The notes under the pieces are model-generated. The model was given only the letters and a program-made list of their open reading frames with translations, had not been told where the DNA came from and searched no databases. From the IMG/VR virus record IMGVR_UViG_3300027766_000001: a stretch of 64,000 nt of DNA; one strand, written 5' to 3'. The translations under genes and the position numbers were made by a program. The first letter of the stretch is position 1, and each line of letters begins with the position of its first letter. Shown piece after piece: positions 18,904 through 32,104 of the stretch. The DNA is from a virus. Taxonomy: Duplodnaviria; Caudoviricetes.

Positions 18904-19581
18904 TTATTCTTCAACGAAGCTGTTAGGCAGGGTAGGTAACTTATCACCCACTTTCAGCGCATTAACACCGTCTTTGAATTCCCAGTAACGTTTGTAAGCA
19001 GCATCGATGCCAGAGAACAACCCCAGCATGTTCGTGATGATCTCGTCAGGGGTCAACGAGACAAACGTATTTTCGTAGGTACGGATGGCCACAGCGTCTT
19101 CCTGACCCGCTGCTTTACGCAGTTGAGCCACTTGAAACACGCCCAGCCAGTTTGGACGATCCTTGTCACCTGCTTGCAGATGGTACGTAATAGTCGCGCC
19201 GTCGACTTCTTTCTGGAACGGCAGACCAATAGACAGTTCAGTTTCAACCAGACTCAGTGCATCACTTAACAGCTTCGCACGGGTATCGTTGAACTTGATA
19301 CTTGGATCCGATTCGGTAATGACCCAAGTCTGGTACCACTCGCCGTCTTCACGCAGCTCAGGTTCACCCTGCACCACTGAATCACCTTCCGGCTGTTGCA
19401 CCGCATTGACCAGCGCATAACCATAGCTTGCGAGCTTATCAACCGGCAGCGTATCAGACGAGAAGATGGTCTGCTGGTTATCGGCACGCAGGTTACGGTA
19501 GTAACGCGGGTACTCTTTTGTATCAAGCTTAATCAGCGGTGTAGAACCATTGATTACGCTTACAGAAGTGGTTTCGCTCAT
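18904..19581 (-). CDS. tail-fibre assembly chaperone-like protein
   Basis: 225 aa directly downstream of the fibre gene; YPRY..LR, GEPELREDGEWYQTW and HLQ..DKDRPNW motifs typical of phage fibre-assembly proteins (DUF4376-like C-terminus, recalled). Confidence 0.6.
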   Translation of the reverse strand: MSETTSVSVINGSTPLIKLDTKEYPRYYRNLRADNQQTIFSSDTLPVDKLASYGYALVNAVQQPEGDSVVQGEPELREDGEWYQTWVITESDPSIKFNDTRAKLLSDALSLVETELSIGLPFQKEVDGATITYHLQAGDKDRPNWLGVFQVAQLRKAAGQEDAVAIRTYENTFVSLTPDEIITNMLGLFSGIDAAYKRYWEFKDGVNALKVGDKLPTLPNSFVEE

Positions 19582-19615
19582 AGCGTCCTCAATATCACAA
19601 AAAGAAAGGGCTGGA

Positions 19616-19641
19616 TAGAAAGGGGCCGAAGCCCCCGTCTA
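19616..19641 (-). terminator. cUUCGg hairpin between the fibre and chaperone genes
   Basis: Minus strand GGGGC-TTCG-GCCCC followed by a pyrimidine/U-rich tract. Confidence 0.65.
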
Positions 19642-23028
<3,387 letters not shown>

Positions 23029-23053
23029 TACAGTACCTTATTGATGTGTGTTA

Positions 23054-23575
23054 TTAAGAAGCTTCGACAACTAAATATTTACCGTCTTCGGTTGTCAGGG
23101 CGAAGTCATTCTCGGTCATGATGGCACCCGCTGGTGTACCAATGATTGCAACAGTTACTTGACCTTCCCACGCACGCGACCGGTTAGTCACGATAGTGTA
23201 AATAATGTTGCCATCCTGATCGAGGTTGTCGGGGTCAATGGGATTGGCTACCACTTCGGTAGGATCCAGCATTACCCCGTAACGTTCGTTGAATGCGGCA
23301 AGCACATCTGCAACGCCTTGCAGACTCGCCACGGTGAGCACCACTTTAAACCGGAACAGCGACTCCAGGTTCAAGCGGTTGAAATTTGCTAATACACTGC
23401 CAACGTACCCGCCACCAGGAATCGCCAGAATCGGGAGATTGGTATCTCCGTTAACCGGATTCAATACCTGATCAGGTGTGCCGAATCGGACTTGGGCAAG
23501 CGTTAACGAGGTCTTATTGTCCTTATTAAGCTGCTCAAGAATGATCTGGTCCGATGGCTGTTTCAGGATGGTCAT
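23054..23575 (-). CDS. stand-alone N-terminal domain of the baseplate adaptor family with C-terminal TEDG motif
   Basis: ATG at 23575 after AGGAG RBS (173 aa); YVGSVLANFNRLNL and NERYGVML match the N-domains of the genes at 48783, 49670 and 51408; ends IMTENDFALTTEDGKYLVVE. Confidence 0.7.
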   Translation of the reverse strand: MTILKQPSDQIILEQLNKDNKTSLTLAQVRFGTPDQVLNPVNGDTNLPILAIPGGGYVGSVLANFNRLNLESLFRFKVVLTVASLQGVADVLAAFNERYGVMLDPTEVVANPIDPDNLDQDGNIIYTIVTNRSRAWEGQVTVAIIGTPAGAIMTENDFALTTEDGKYLVVEAS

Positions 23576-23689
23576 ACAAGGTCTCCTAAACGCCGGTTTC
23601 GATTGATCATAGTATATTTTAAAAAATACATAACCGAACAATAAAGTGATGCCGAAATCGTATAGTCTTCTACTTTACTGGGGTTGTGT

Positions 23690-25228
23690 ATGCCTATCGT
23701 CAGACGCCAAATAAAGGAACAACATAAATCGATTATTCGTCCGGTGGTGATCGATGTGGTAAACGACCTGATTCGTTTCATGGAACTGAAACCTAACACC
23801 GACATTATCTTCAATGGCTATTCGGAAATTGCCCTGTTACCCAATGGGATTATCGGCATCAAAACCGACAACGGGAACAAAGAGAATATCCGCACCATTG
23901 GCCGTGAACGCATCTTCGTTAATATCGAAGAAGAGGAAACCGAAACCTCGTTGCTGGAAATGCCGGTGACCTACCCGGAGCAGGATTTCATCTTTGCGGA
24001 TCAGGACATCGGTGTTTTTGTGCGCCCGATTAAGAAACGTGCCGCTATTCGCCTGAACTTCAATAACCGCTTTACCTCACGTGCTGCAGCCGACCAATGG
24101 TTGAGCAACATGGAACAGTTATTGGCTCAGCTGGTAAAGGACTATGTCCATGAGGTGAAGTACAACTACGCGTATCCTGATGAAGTGATTGGGTTAATGC
24201 ACACGTTGTGGAAATATCGGGAAAACCAGGCAGGGTATGAGGAGAATTTCTCGACGTGGTTCCGGGGTCATTCCACCAACCGCTTAACGGCGATTGCGAA
24301 CATGAACGGGAGCCAAACCGATCTGGTGATTGGAGAGACCATGGATAACGTGGTCGGGGCGTGGGAGTTTGAGCGTCCGCCGTTTCCAACGAAAGCCAAT
24401 CAGTTAGGCGGGTGGCAAGCTGAGTTCTCGTACCGCTTTGAATTCGACAAAGCCATTGGCATGGTGATTCAGTATCCGATCATGATTCACAACCAACTGC
24501 TTGATGACACCATGATTCCGAAACGACGCTTACCGTCGTACCGTGGGAAGGTTTACCAGAAACCTGATCAGCAAACCCGCTATGAAGGCATTCAGCAGGA
24601 CCTGGGGCAGGAGTACAATCCAAACCTGACCGGTTGGATGATCTCACCGGATTACGACGAATGGCAGCTGCCGGTGTTCGACTACAAGTTCGTGCCGCAA
24701 TACCAGGTGCTGTTACAGTTGGATCCGAATGACTTGCGGGATGTGTTGGATTTACGGGAGATGGGCGATTACGCGTTTACTGAACGCACCCTTATGTATC
24801 TGCGGTATGTTAAGGCGGGTATCTTTGGTCACCATCAAAGCGTGATCCAAATTGCGGTCTTTGAAGACGACGACATGCTGGCGCCCGAGTCACTGGTGTT
24901 CGACCCGCTGACCTTTAAGATCCGCAGCACCTATGACCTGAACTTACGTAAACAGTATCGCGTGGTAGTGTACATCGATGCTGACCTACGCCGGTTATGG
25001 GAAAACACGGTATCGGATTTGAAAGACCGTGGGGTGTGGACCCAGGAAGTGGTGTCTGTGATCTACCCTGACCGTATCCCGCCTGTGGATGAGAACGGGC
25101 GTATTTCTGATGATGACTGGCAGAAGTTAATTGACGGGGTAGACTGGAGTAAACTCCCAGCGACCAATACGTTATACATCGGCCGTTTCACTATTATTGC
25201 GAGGAGTGAACGCAATGCCAATCGCTAA
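23690..25228 (+). CDS. virion structural protein (neck/head-tail region; phiKZ gp98-101 block by synteny)
   Basis: About 512 aa, long uninterrupted ORF; first gene of a four-gene overlapping operon. Confidence 0.6.
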   Translation: MPIVRRQIKEQHKSIIRPVVIDVVNDLIRFMELKPNTDIIFNGYSEIALLPNGIIGIKTDNGNKENIRTIGRERIFVNIEEEETETSLLEMPVTYPEQDFIFADQDIGVFVRPIKKRAAIRLNFNNRFTSRAAADQWLSNMEQLLAQLVKDYVHEVKYNYAYPDEVIGLMHTLWKYRENQAGYEENFSTWFRGHSTNRLTAIANMNGSQTDLVIGETMDNVVGAWEFERPPFPTKANQLGGWQAEFSYRFEFDKAIGMVIQYPIMIHNQLLDDTMIPKRRLPSYRGKVYQKPDQQTRYEGIQQDLGQEYNPNLTGWMISPDYDEWQLPVFDYKFVPQYQVLLQLDPNDLRDVLDLREMGDYAFTERTLMYLRYVKAGIFGHHQSVIQIAVFEDDDMLAPESLVFDPLTFKIRSTYDLNLRKQYRVVVYIDADLRRLWENTVSDLKDRGVWTQEVVSVIYPDRIPPVDENGRISDDDWQKLIDGVDWSKLPATNTLYIGRFTIIARSERNANR

Positions 25229-26504
25229 ACCAACGCCACCTAAACCAAGTGTGCCGTTACCGACGCCACCGGAGATCAAAAGCCCCGCTGTGGCAAACGA
25301 AGTCATTAACGCCGGTTACACACCGCTTAAGTCGTTAATGACCTACGCCTCAGGTCGGGCCTGGATGACGACGTTCTTTCGTCAGATCCTGGGCGCCGGC
25401 AGTGAACCCATGCCACCGCAGTTTGATGCAGCGTTATCGGTGCAGAGCTACCACTCAATCCGTAAATGCATTCTCAAAGTGCAGACGGAGCTTAACCGCA
25501 ACCCCGATGGCGAGAAAGGCTTGACCGAGGTCACCGGTGTGGCATTGCTTATGCCAGGGATCATTCCTAACTACGGGGATGCATTCTACGCCGATATCGG
25601 TGACGGCAACATGGGTCTCTTTGTGATCCATAACGTTGAGCAGATGTCGATCTACAACGACGCGGCTTACCAGATTGAATACGGGCTGCTGGATTACGTC
25701 ACCCCTGAGATCGAACGCCAGATGCGTGAGCGCACGGTGCAGACCTCGGTGTATGACATGGATTACGTGCACACCGGCAAGAACCCGATCATCGCCGCTG
25801 ACGAGTATTTTACCCGTGAGCGTTTAGAGCGCGAAGAGCAGTCGTTGATCGATCAGTTCTTTGGTCAGTTCTTTGACAAAGAGTTAGGGACCCTGTCCGT
25901 ACCCGACGGTAACACCGCCCGGTCATTGTACGACCCGTACCACACCCGCTTTGTGGATCGCTTGATTGAAAATGAAAAGCGTCCGTCACGACTGCGGATG
26001 ATGGTGCTGGATACCTCCATGGGTCGGGACAATGCACCGACCACGTTGTGGGATCTGTTGGTGAAACAAGACGTGCGTCAGTTCTCCTACGTTGCCCGCC
26101 AGATGCAGCAAGTGCCTACGCGCTATTTCCGTGGTGGGTCAGTGCTGATGGGGGGTGTGGCGTACAGCGGCTTTGACGATGTCATCTATCCTGTACAGAG
26201 CAGTGCACCGTTAATGCCAAACGACTTTGTACCGGGTCTTGCTGCAGACAACTCAGGGATGTTCTTCCGTGACCTGCAGTTCCTGACCAGCTACGTCTTC
26301 TCTGAGGCGTTCTACATGCAGCGTCGTATCGACATGACCATGTTAGAGCGCGAAGCCCATAATTTAATCACAGGCCAGCCAATTAATGTTGACAACGTGG
26401 ACCAGCTATTGAATGCGTATTACGAGACGTCGAAGCTGACGCAGTTCTATGCCTTCCCGATTCTGGTTGCACTGTGCCGCACGGCATCACAACGCCTGGT
26501 GTGA
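25215..26504 (+). CDS. virion structural protein (phiKZ gp98-101 block)
   Basis: ATG at 25215 after GAGGAG; Pro-rich N-terminus; IPNYGDAFYADIGDG motif recalled from phiKZ-like virion proteins. Confidence 0.65.
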   Translation: MPIAKPTPPKPSVPLPTPPEIKSPAVANEVINAGYTPLKSLMTYASGRAWMTTFFRQILGAGSEPMPPQFDAALSVQSYHSIRKCILKVQTELNRNPDGEKGLTEVTGVALLMPGIIPNYGDAFYADIGDGNMGLFVIHNVEQMSIYNDAAYQIEYGLLDYVTPEIERQMRERTVQTSVYDMDYVHTGKNPIIAADEYFTRERLEREEQSLIDQFFGQFFDKELGTLSVPDGNTARSLYDPYHTRFVDRLIENEKRPSRLRMMVLDTSMGRDNAPTTLWDLLVKQDVRQFSYVARQMQQVPTRYFRGGSVLMGGVAYSGFDDVIYPVQSSAPLMPNDFVPGLAADNSGMFFRDLQFLTSYVFSEAFYMQRRIDMTMLEREAHNLITGQPINVDNVDQLLNAYYETSKLTQFYAFPILVALCRTASQRLV

Positions 26505-26512
26505 GGTAAGTC

Positions 26513-27127
26513 ATGTTTGAGAGTCGCCACGATCATTTAAAGAGTGAAGTCAAACGTCTGCAAACGGTCATCTTTGATTGCCGCTATCAGTGTCGCATTA
26601 AACAGCGCGACCAGTACGACATGGACACGTTAATCAACCGCGGTATTCCGGTGACCGGGATTGACTGGATGGATAACCTGGCAGATGAGCAAGATGTGTC
26701 TCGTCTGCTGACCATTGACCAGATGGTGGAGTATTGTGACAAAGGGGTGAACTTCTGGTTAGACGATCCGAAGACCTACGCCGGTGTCATCTATACTGCT
26801 ATCACGGATTACATTCAGTACTACGCTGAACTGGCCGATGCCTATCCTAACCTGCCTATTCCGGATCAGGAAGACTTCGAGAAGCTCGATGGACTTGCCA
26901 CCAATATCTACCGCCTGTATCGGTGCTACGAGCAGCCGCGTGAGATGTCTGGTCTGCTGGGACGTATTGCGATGCGTCGCCGTTCATTTGCCCCGCAGGT
27001 TAGTCTGGCGCCGAAACCGCTCATGAACGATGACGGGTCAATTGAGCAGAAAGAGCACAAGTCATTGCTGCCCGTGTTAGGTTATCGTTTCACACCGCGT
27101 AAGGAGCCAACCAATAATGAGCATTGA
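26513..27127 (+). CDS. conserved hypothetical protein (phiKZ gp100-like position)
   Basis: 204 aa, GAGG RBS, within the operon. Confidence 0.65.
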   Translation: MFESRHDHLKSEVKRLQTVIFDCRYQCRIKQRDQYDMDTLINRGIPVTGIDWMDNLADEQDVSRLLTIDQMVEYCDKGVNFWLDDPKTYAGVIYTAITDYIQYYAELADAYPNLPIPDQEDFEKLDGLATNIYRLYRCYEQPREMSGLLGRIAMRRRSFAPQVSLAPKPLMNDDGSIEQKEHKSLLPVLGYRFTPRKEPTNNEH

Positions 27128-28463
27128 CAACACGGCGTTGATCAATGAGATCACGCTCATCGCCGCGAAGCAAAAGCGACCCGGTTACACAATGAATGCG
27201 GAGATCTACTTCGACACCACTGTTGTTAACGTTATTCGTGTGGCTAACTTGCTGCGGTACAATGACTACGTGGGAGCGTACGCTGAAGAGTGGACGATTG
27301 ACTTGGTGATCAACACCGGGCTCTACAACACGTATCTGATTGACAACGCGGACAAACTCAAGATCAACCTCATCATTGTGATGCAGGTGCCGGGTGAAGA
27401 TCCCGTGATCACGAAGCTGAACATGCGGGCGTTTCCTAAGAACACCGATGACAGTCGTGTGAAGCAAAACCGCACAGCGGACCTGAACCAGGCTGCAGTG
27501 GGTGAAATGGAGATCACCACGTATCAGTTCCATTTGCTGGACATTGCGGTGGAGCAGATGCGTACGATGCAAACCGGGGGTAACTATCCGGTCACATCCG
27601 CGTCATCGGTGCTGAGTGTGTTGTTAGGTGGTTCGGGGTCGATGCTGGATTTGCCTTTGGAACAGAAGCCGCAAGCGCCACAAATCGTGGAGCCTGATAC
27701 TCAGGTCGTAAAGAACCTGGTATCGGTGAAACAAGGCACCAACCTCTGTGACCTGGCAGGGTACTTGCAGCAACACTATGGTTTGTACAACACCCGCATT
27801 GGGTCGTACTACCATAACCGTACCTGGTATGTCTGGCCGTTGTATAACACCAAACGCTTTGAGTTAGCCCGCGCAACCCTGACCCTCATTAACGTACCGG
27901 CTGATCGCTTTCCAGAGATTGAGACCAGCTACGAGACCCGGGGTACCTCTACAGTCGTGTTACTGACGGGTGATGCCAAGTTCGAAGACAATTCCAACCG
28001 TCAGCAATATAACGACGGGAACGGAACCCGTGCGATTCGTGCCTCAGCGGTGTCAGGGGATGATGGTCGTGTAGTGGATTCCGGTGAAGTCTTGCTGAAA
28101 CGTAGTGAGACCAACACCGAGATCAAGACCAACGATCGTCGCAATGGTGTGGATTTTGTTCCTACCACCAACGAAGTCACGGACAATACAGCGCGTGTGT
28201 TAAGTCGTACAGCAACCGTTAATGGTACGACAGCACAATTCACTTGGCAAAGCAGTAACCCGGAGTTGGTCTATCCAGGGATGCCGGTGAAACTGCTGTA
28301 CTTGAAAGGAAACAAAGTGGTGCAGCGTTATGGGGTGGTGACCGCATTCGAATCGAACTACAGTCTGGCCCGTCCAGGACTGATGGATCGTGGGATGCTT
28401 TGTCGCAGCGCCATCACGGTATTCATCTCCAACGTGGACGACGAATACAACACCTCACTGTAA
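27117..28463 (+). CDS. baseplate hub-like virion protein (phiKZ gp101-like)
   Basis: 448 aa, AAGGAG RBS; WYVWPLYNT and W..SNPELVYPGMPVK motifs recalled from this family. Confidence 0.6.
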   Translation: MSIDNTALINEITLIAAKQKRPGYTMNAEIYFDTTVVNVIRVANLLRYNDYVGAYAEEWTIDLVINTGLYNTYLIDNADKLKINLIIVMQVPGEDPVITKLNMRAFPKNTDDSRVKQNRTADLNQAAVGEMEITTYQFHLLDIAVEQMRTMQTGGNYPVTSASSVLSVLLGGSGSMLDLPLEQKPQAPQIVEPDTQVVKNLVSVKQGTNLCDLAGYLQQHYGLYNTRIGSYYHNRTWYVWPLYNTKRFELARATLTLINVPADRFPEIETSYETRGTSTVVLLTGDAKFEDNSNRQQYNDGNGTRAIRASAVSGDDGRVVDSGEVLLKRSETNTEIKTNDRRNGVDFVPTTNEVTDNTARVLSRTATVNGTTAQFTWQSSNPELVYPGMPVKLLYLKGNKVVQRYGVVTAFESNYSLARPGLMDRGMLCRSAITVFISNVDDEYNTSL

Positions 28464-28470
28464 CCCATGG

Positions 28471-28502
28471 ATGACAGGAGTCACATCCTGTCATTTATGC
28501 CG
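28471..28502 (+). terminator. hairpin followed by TTATGCCG
   Basis: ATGACAGGA/TCCTGTCAT 9-bp stem followed immediately by TTATGCCG (28495-28502). Confidence 0.8.
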
Positions 28503-28518
28503 CTTTGAGCTGCAGATG

Positions 28519-28537
28519 ATTTCACACCTACATTACT
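28519..28537 (+). promoter_or_regulatory. putative phage early/middle promoter ATTTCACACCTACATTACT
   Basis: 18/19 identical to 36781-36799; both are intergenic, after a terminator and before non-structural genes; resembles the phiKZ TATTAC early consensus. Confidence 0.65.
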
Positions 28538-28573
28538 GCGATGATAACCCCTTCTATCTTTATCGGAGTACTT

Positions 28574-28963
28574 ATGACTAACAAAGCAAAAATGATCCCT
28601 GACCTGTCGGCCCTGCTCCTTTCACTGGAGCACGACGTAAAAGAATACCAGACCCGTTTCTTGCAGTGCGATGTAAGCGTCGCCCAGCCCTACCGTTACA
28701 TGGGTCTGTACCGTTTGCTTGGTTCACCGACCGCTGAGTTTATCAACAGTACCTGGTTTGCGCAGTCAGTAATAGAAACCGAGATGCTGCGGGACGATGT
28801 AGAGATTAACACAGCAGACCAATTAGATGAATACGTGAACGATTTCATGCAGAAGCTGGAAACGTTTAATCCGGGCTTTATCAACAACACGTATCTGCGC
28901 ACCACCCTTGAGCGCGCGTTCAACAACATCTACGATGCAAAAGGATTTAACGATGAAGAGTAA
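28574..28963 (+). CDS. hypothetical protein
   Basis: ATG at 28574 after GGAG RBS (129 aa). Confidence 0.7.
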   Translation: MTNKAKMIPDLSALLLSLEHDVKEYQTRFLQCDVSVAQPYRYMGLYRLLGSPTAEFINSTWFAQSVIETEMLRDDVEINTADQLDEYVNDFMQKLETFNPGFINNTYLRTTLERAFNNIYDAKGFNDEE

Positions 28964-29222
28964 GAAACTGAAAGAAACCATGATGGGTTTCTGTGGCGGG
29001 GTAACACTGGCAATGGCAGTTGTACTGATCGCCTATTGTTCTGTGGGCAAAGCGAATGCCTCTATGAGCGCGCCAGACGACCCCTACGCGATTCAATGCC
29101 TTGGTGACAAGTGTTACTATATTACCGGCAAAGAAGTCCCTGTGGCGGTGCTGAAGAAGTTAGAACGCGAAGCAATCACTGAAATGGCAAACAACCAGGG
29201 CGACGACAGCGAACATGAATAA
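28953..29222 (+). CDS. small hypothetical membrane/secreted protein
   Basis: ATG at 28953 after AAGGA; 89 aa with one N-terminal hydrophobic helix and two closely spaced Cys. Confidence 0.65.
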   Translation: MKSKKLKETMMGFCGGVTLAMAVVLIAYCSVGKANASMSAPDDPYAIQCLGDKCYYITGKEVPVAVLKKLEREAITEMANNQGDDSEHE

Positions 29223-29856
29223 GTACTTTGCAATTGAGGTGCCGGATGGCGGCGGGAAAACAACTTTGCTGGAATTGATTAAGGCAGAGTTCGACCGTCG
29301 AGGCGAGCGGTTTATTGCGTTAGAGGAACCAGGTGAGTCTGGTGATCGCGCAGAACTGCGTCGTATCATGACCGACCCACAGACCACCCTGGACTCCGCC
29401 GATAAGAATCTGATTCGTACCCTGCTGATGATGGCAGACCGGATCATGATTCGCAAAGGCGTACACGTAGCGACCCACGTTGGATTACCCATCCTGGCAT
29501 CTCGTTGCTTCATGTCTACTGTTGTATATCAGGGATTAATCGGCGGGGAGATGGAGCTCGTTGAATTGATCCTGGAACGCGCTAACCTGATCTATCCGGA
29601 TGTGATCTTTGTGTTAAAGGTAGAACCTGAAACACTAAGACAACGGATGTACGGTCGACGTGAGCTGGACGATTTAGAAAAGACGGTAGCTGAAGATGTT
29701 GAACGGTACATGCAAATGTACATCACAGCAGCGCCGGTTATCGAACGCATCACCAAAGGCAAAACCAAAATCATTTACCTGAATGGCAACGCAGCACCCA
29801 ACGAGGTGTATGAAGAAGCCATGACCCACATCAAGGAGTACATGGGATGGAACTGA
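29215..29856 (+). CDS. tmk: thymidylate (dTMP) kinase-like nucleotide kinase, divergent
   Basis: P-loop IEVPDGGGKTT, EEPG, MMADR, SRCFMSTVVYQG and PDVIFVLKV motifs in the order of the TMK fold. Confidence 0.8.
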   Translation: MNKYFAIEVPDGGGKTTLLELIKAEFDRRGERFIALEEPGESGDRAELRRIMTDPQTTLDSADKNLIRTLLMMADRIMIRKGVHVATHVGLPILASRCFMSTVVYQGLIGGEMELVELILERANLIYPDVIFVLKVEPETLRQRMYGRRELDDLEKTVAEDVERYMQMYITAAPVIERITKGKTKIIYLNGNAAPNEVYEEAMTHIKEYMGWN

Positions 29857-30185
29857 ACCTGTTAGCCCCACCTAACGAAACCATCTTAACCGAACTGCTG
29901 GGTTGGGGTGATGTGCCGTTTGATTGGGTGAGTGAACGTGCTAAGGATTTTGACGAAGCACTCGAACGTGAAACCAGAGGTTACGATCCGGTGTGGATCA
30001 CTAGTAACCTGCCGCGCCCTCATGACTGCGAATGGAAGCACATTTTCTTGATGCCCACTGTGCCGGCCTCAGAGAAGCATGCAGACCTAGTTAGTGTCAT
30101 GCGCAGTAAGATTGCCAGTATTGACAGTAAGCTCTTTAGAATCAATTGTGTGCACGCTGGCGTGGAATGCGTCGCGTTTATGTGA
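29847..30185 (+). CDS. hypothetical protein
   Basis: 112 aa overlapping tmk; AGGAG upstream. Confidence 0.6.
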   Translation: MELNLLAPPNETILTELLGWGDVPFDWVSERAKDFDEALERETRGYDPVWITSNLPRPHDCEWKHIFLMPTVPASEKHADLVSVMRSKIASIDSKLFRINCVHAGVECVAFM

Positions 30186-30211
30186 CTACCCTTAACCTGT
30201 GAGATGTAAAT

Positions 30212-30622
30212 ATGAAATTAGGCTATTATTACGGCTTGGTCTTTGACAAAGCTGCCAGCACATATGCCCTGCAAAAAGTTCAACGTATCAGTAACGGTGA
30301 ATCGGCAGTGGAAGCCTACACACGCTGGGTGAAAAAACTGGAGCAAGAAGACAAAGGTCGTTATACCACAATGGGTCTGACCTTTGGTGCCTTGCGCGTT
30401 GAGTACAATCACAAAACCGGAATGGGTACCGTGAAGGTCGGGTTCTCTGAAGTTGCTATGGTGACCCCACGTCCTTCTATTCTGTCAGTCGGATTCACCG
30501 GGGTGGCTAACCGCCCCATGTATCTGTCTGGCAAGCCTAACCCATTGCATGATAACACAACCCTGTCGCAAATCCGTGATGCCATTTTTGAGCATATTGC
30601 GGATGCGGTCTGGGTGATGTAG
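30212..30622 (+). CDS. hypothetical protein
   Basis: 136-aa ORF in the same operon. Confidence 0.65.
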   Translation: MKLGYYYGLVFDKAASTYALQKVQRISNGESAVEAYTRWVKKLEQEDKGRYTTMGLTFGALRVEYNHKTGMGTVKVGFSEVAMVTPRPSILSVGFTGVANRPMYLSGKPNPLHDNTTLSQIRDAIFEHIADAVWVM

Positions 30623-30629
30623 ACGAGGT

Positions 30630-31085
30630 ATGACCATGATCAGTTTACACACGAATCAGGGTACCTTTGACGAGTTAGTGGCGCTGCAGGAAGCGAAACC
30701 GCACAACCGTGGTAAAGGTGATCCCGCGTTCAACAAATTCCTGGCGCGCTTAAACGCAACCAAACAACTGCTGGTCCTTGCGGCCAGCACTGGTCGTCCA
30801 TTGAAAACCGTGTCAACGGTGTTCTATGTTCACCTGGCAGCAACCGAGATCGGGACCGCTATGGTCACGGATCTGTTTCAGAAACTCCAGCGCCGTGTCC
30901 GCAAAGACTTTATGCTGCACGAACAACCCGAAGGTGTAGAAGTTAAACCGTCAGCCATTCAACTGCGTTTTAACTTCTATGAACAAGAGGGCGATTGGTT
31001 CGAAGCGGTCACCATTCAGTGCTACGGTGTCTGGAGCAGTGCCAAGCAAGACTACCTTACTGCAGTATTGAATGAACTCAAATAA
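30630..31085 (+). CDS. hypothetical protein
   Basis: 151 aa, GAGG RBS, ends at a terminator. Confidence 0.7.
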   Translation: MTMISLHTNQGTFDELVALQEAKPHNRGKGDPAFNKFLARLNATKQLLVLAASTGRPLKTVSTVFYVHLAATEIGTAMVTDLFQKLQRRVRKDFMLHEQPEGVEVKPSAIQLRFNFYEQEGDWFEAVTIQCYGVWSSAKQDYLTAVLNELK

Positions 31086-31137
31086 CGGCATAAGCACTTA
31101 CCCTTCCCTTGCGGGTTGGGTAAGTGCAGTTATGCTG
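31086..31137. terminator. bidirectional terminator with CGGCATAA / TTATGCTG flanks
   Basis: GCACTTACCC/GGGTAAGTGC 10-bp stem between convergent genes. Confidence 0.85.
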
Positions 31138-31155
31138 ATCTTTTATTTTTTGGTA

Positions 31156-31845
31156 TTAACCTACCAATTCCAACACTGGACGCCACCCCACGTTAGGGTT
31201 GCCTGAATCGCGTCCTAAGGACGAAGCCGTCAATACCGACTCGTACCCAATACACATGGCATTGCTCTGGTTAGAGTTGAGCTGCTGCACCATACAGTGC
31301 TTACCCGGAATACCCAGATCAAGTGATGCCCACTTGCTACCATCAGGAGATGTTGCGTTGGTGTTCTTATCCACCGATTGCATCATCCGCCCCCACTCAG
31401 ACGGTTTGATATCAGCTTGTGCCGCCCAAGGGTAGTTGTTCGAGATACTCGGAAGCCGTATCAGGAACGTGCGTCCTTTAACAGTAATTGTCTTGTACTG
31501 ATTAACCCCTGCAACAACACTCTGGGGTCCGTTACCGTTTACGCCAAAGACAATGCCTTTGCTGTAGAAGGTAGTCCAGGCAATCCCAGTGGCCAAAGTC
31601 AGCAGTGGCCAGAACAGGATCTTACCGTCGACTTCAAACTTAGCCCAGTTAGGATTGTTACCTGAGGAGGTGAATCCAAACATGGTGCACAAAGCAGAAC
31701 CGGTAATCATTTCATCAGGGGTCAGTAAGCCGTAGTAACTGGTTGACTCGCCTGTGTCGCTGACATACGCCTTCTGTGTTGTGGCGGGACCCGGTCCTGT
31801 GACGCCTCCGGTTGCACGCGCACCTCCTAGCATACACTCTAACAT
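31156..31845 (-). CDS. virion structural protein of a jumbo-phage paralog family (GPGP..YYG..ELITG..WxKF.xDGK)
   Basis: ATG at 31845 after GGAG RBS (229 aa); motif pattern recalled from phiKZ-like virion paralogs. Confidence 0.65.
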   Translation of the reverse strand: MLECMLGGARATGGVTGPGPATTQKAYVSDTGESTSYYGLLTPDEMITGSALCTMFGFTSSGNNPNWAKFEVDGKILFWPLLTLATGIAWTTFYSKGIVFGVNGNGPQSVVAGVNQYKTITVKGRTFLIRLPSISNNYPWAAQADIKPSEWGRMMQSVDKNTNATSPDGSKWASLDLGIPGKHCMVQQLNSNQSNAMCIGYESVLTASSLGRDSGNPNVGWRPVLELVG

Positions 31846-31878
31846 AAGTGACTCCATGAATAACTGAATACATAACAT

Positions 31879-32104
31879 CGGCATAAAACCCATCCAACCT
31901 CCGTCCGCAGACAGAAGTCAGACAGGCGAAAACTCCAGTTCAGAATAGTCAATTAGTTAAAGTCGATCAAAGAATACGGTTACGCCGGTTAGGGCTTGTT
32001 TTGGTTTTGGGGTGTTGAAGGCGAAAAGCCTGATTTAAAAAAGAGGGGATACAGCATCCTGTGCATCCCCTTAAAAAGAACAACAAATTGCATTTCTGGT
32101 CATA
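31879..32104 (-). ncRNA. candidate small RNA or structured leader between DnaB and the virion gene
   Basis: Inside a 270-bp gap with no credible ORF; hairpin plus U-tract at 32034-32070; G.U-rich minus-strand hairpin at 31894-31921 followed by TTTTATGCCG. Confidence 0.3.

Noticed and set aside
23029-23053. Read-through or frameshift fusion of adaptor and fibre
   Set aside because: Frames differ, no slippery site is evident, and the fibre has its own AAGG RBS.
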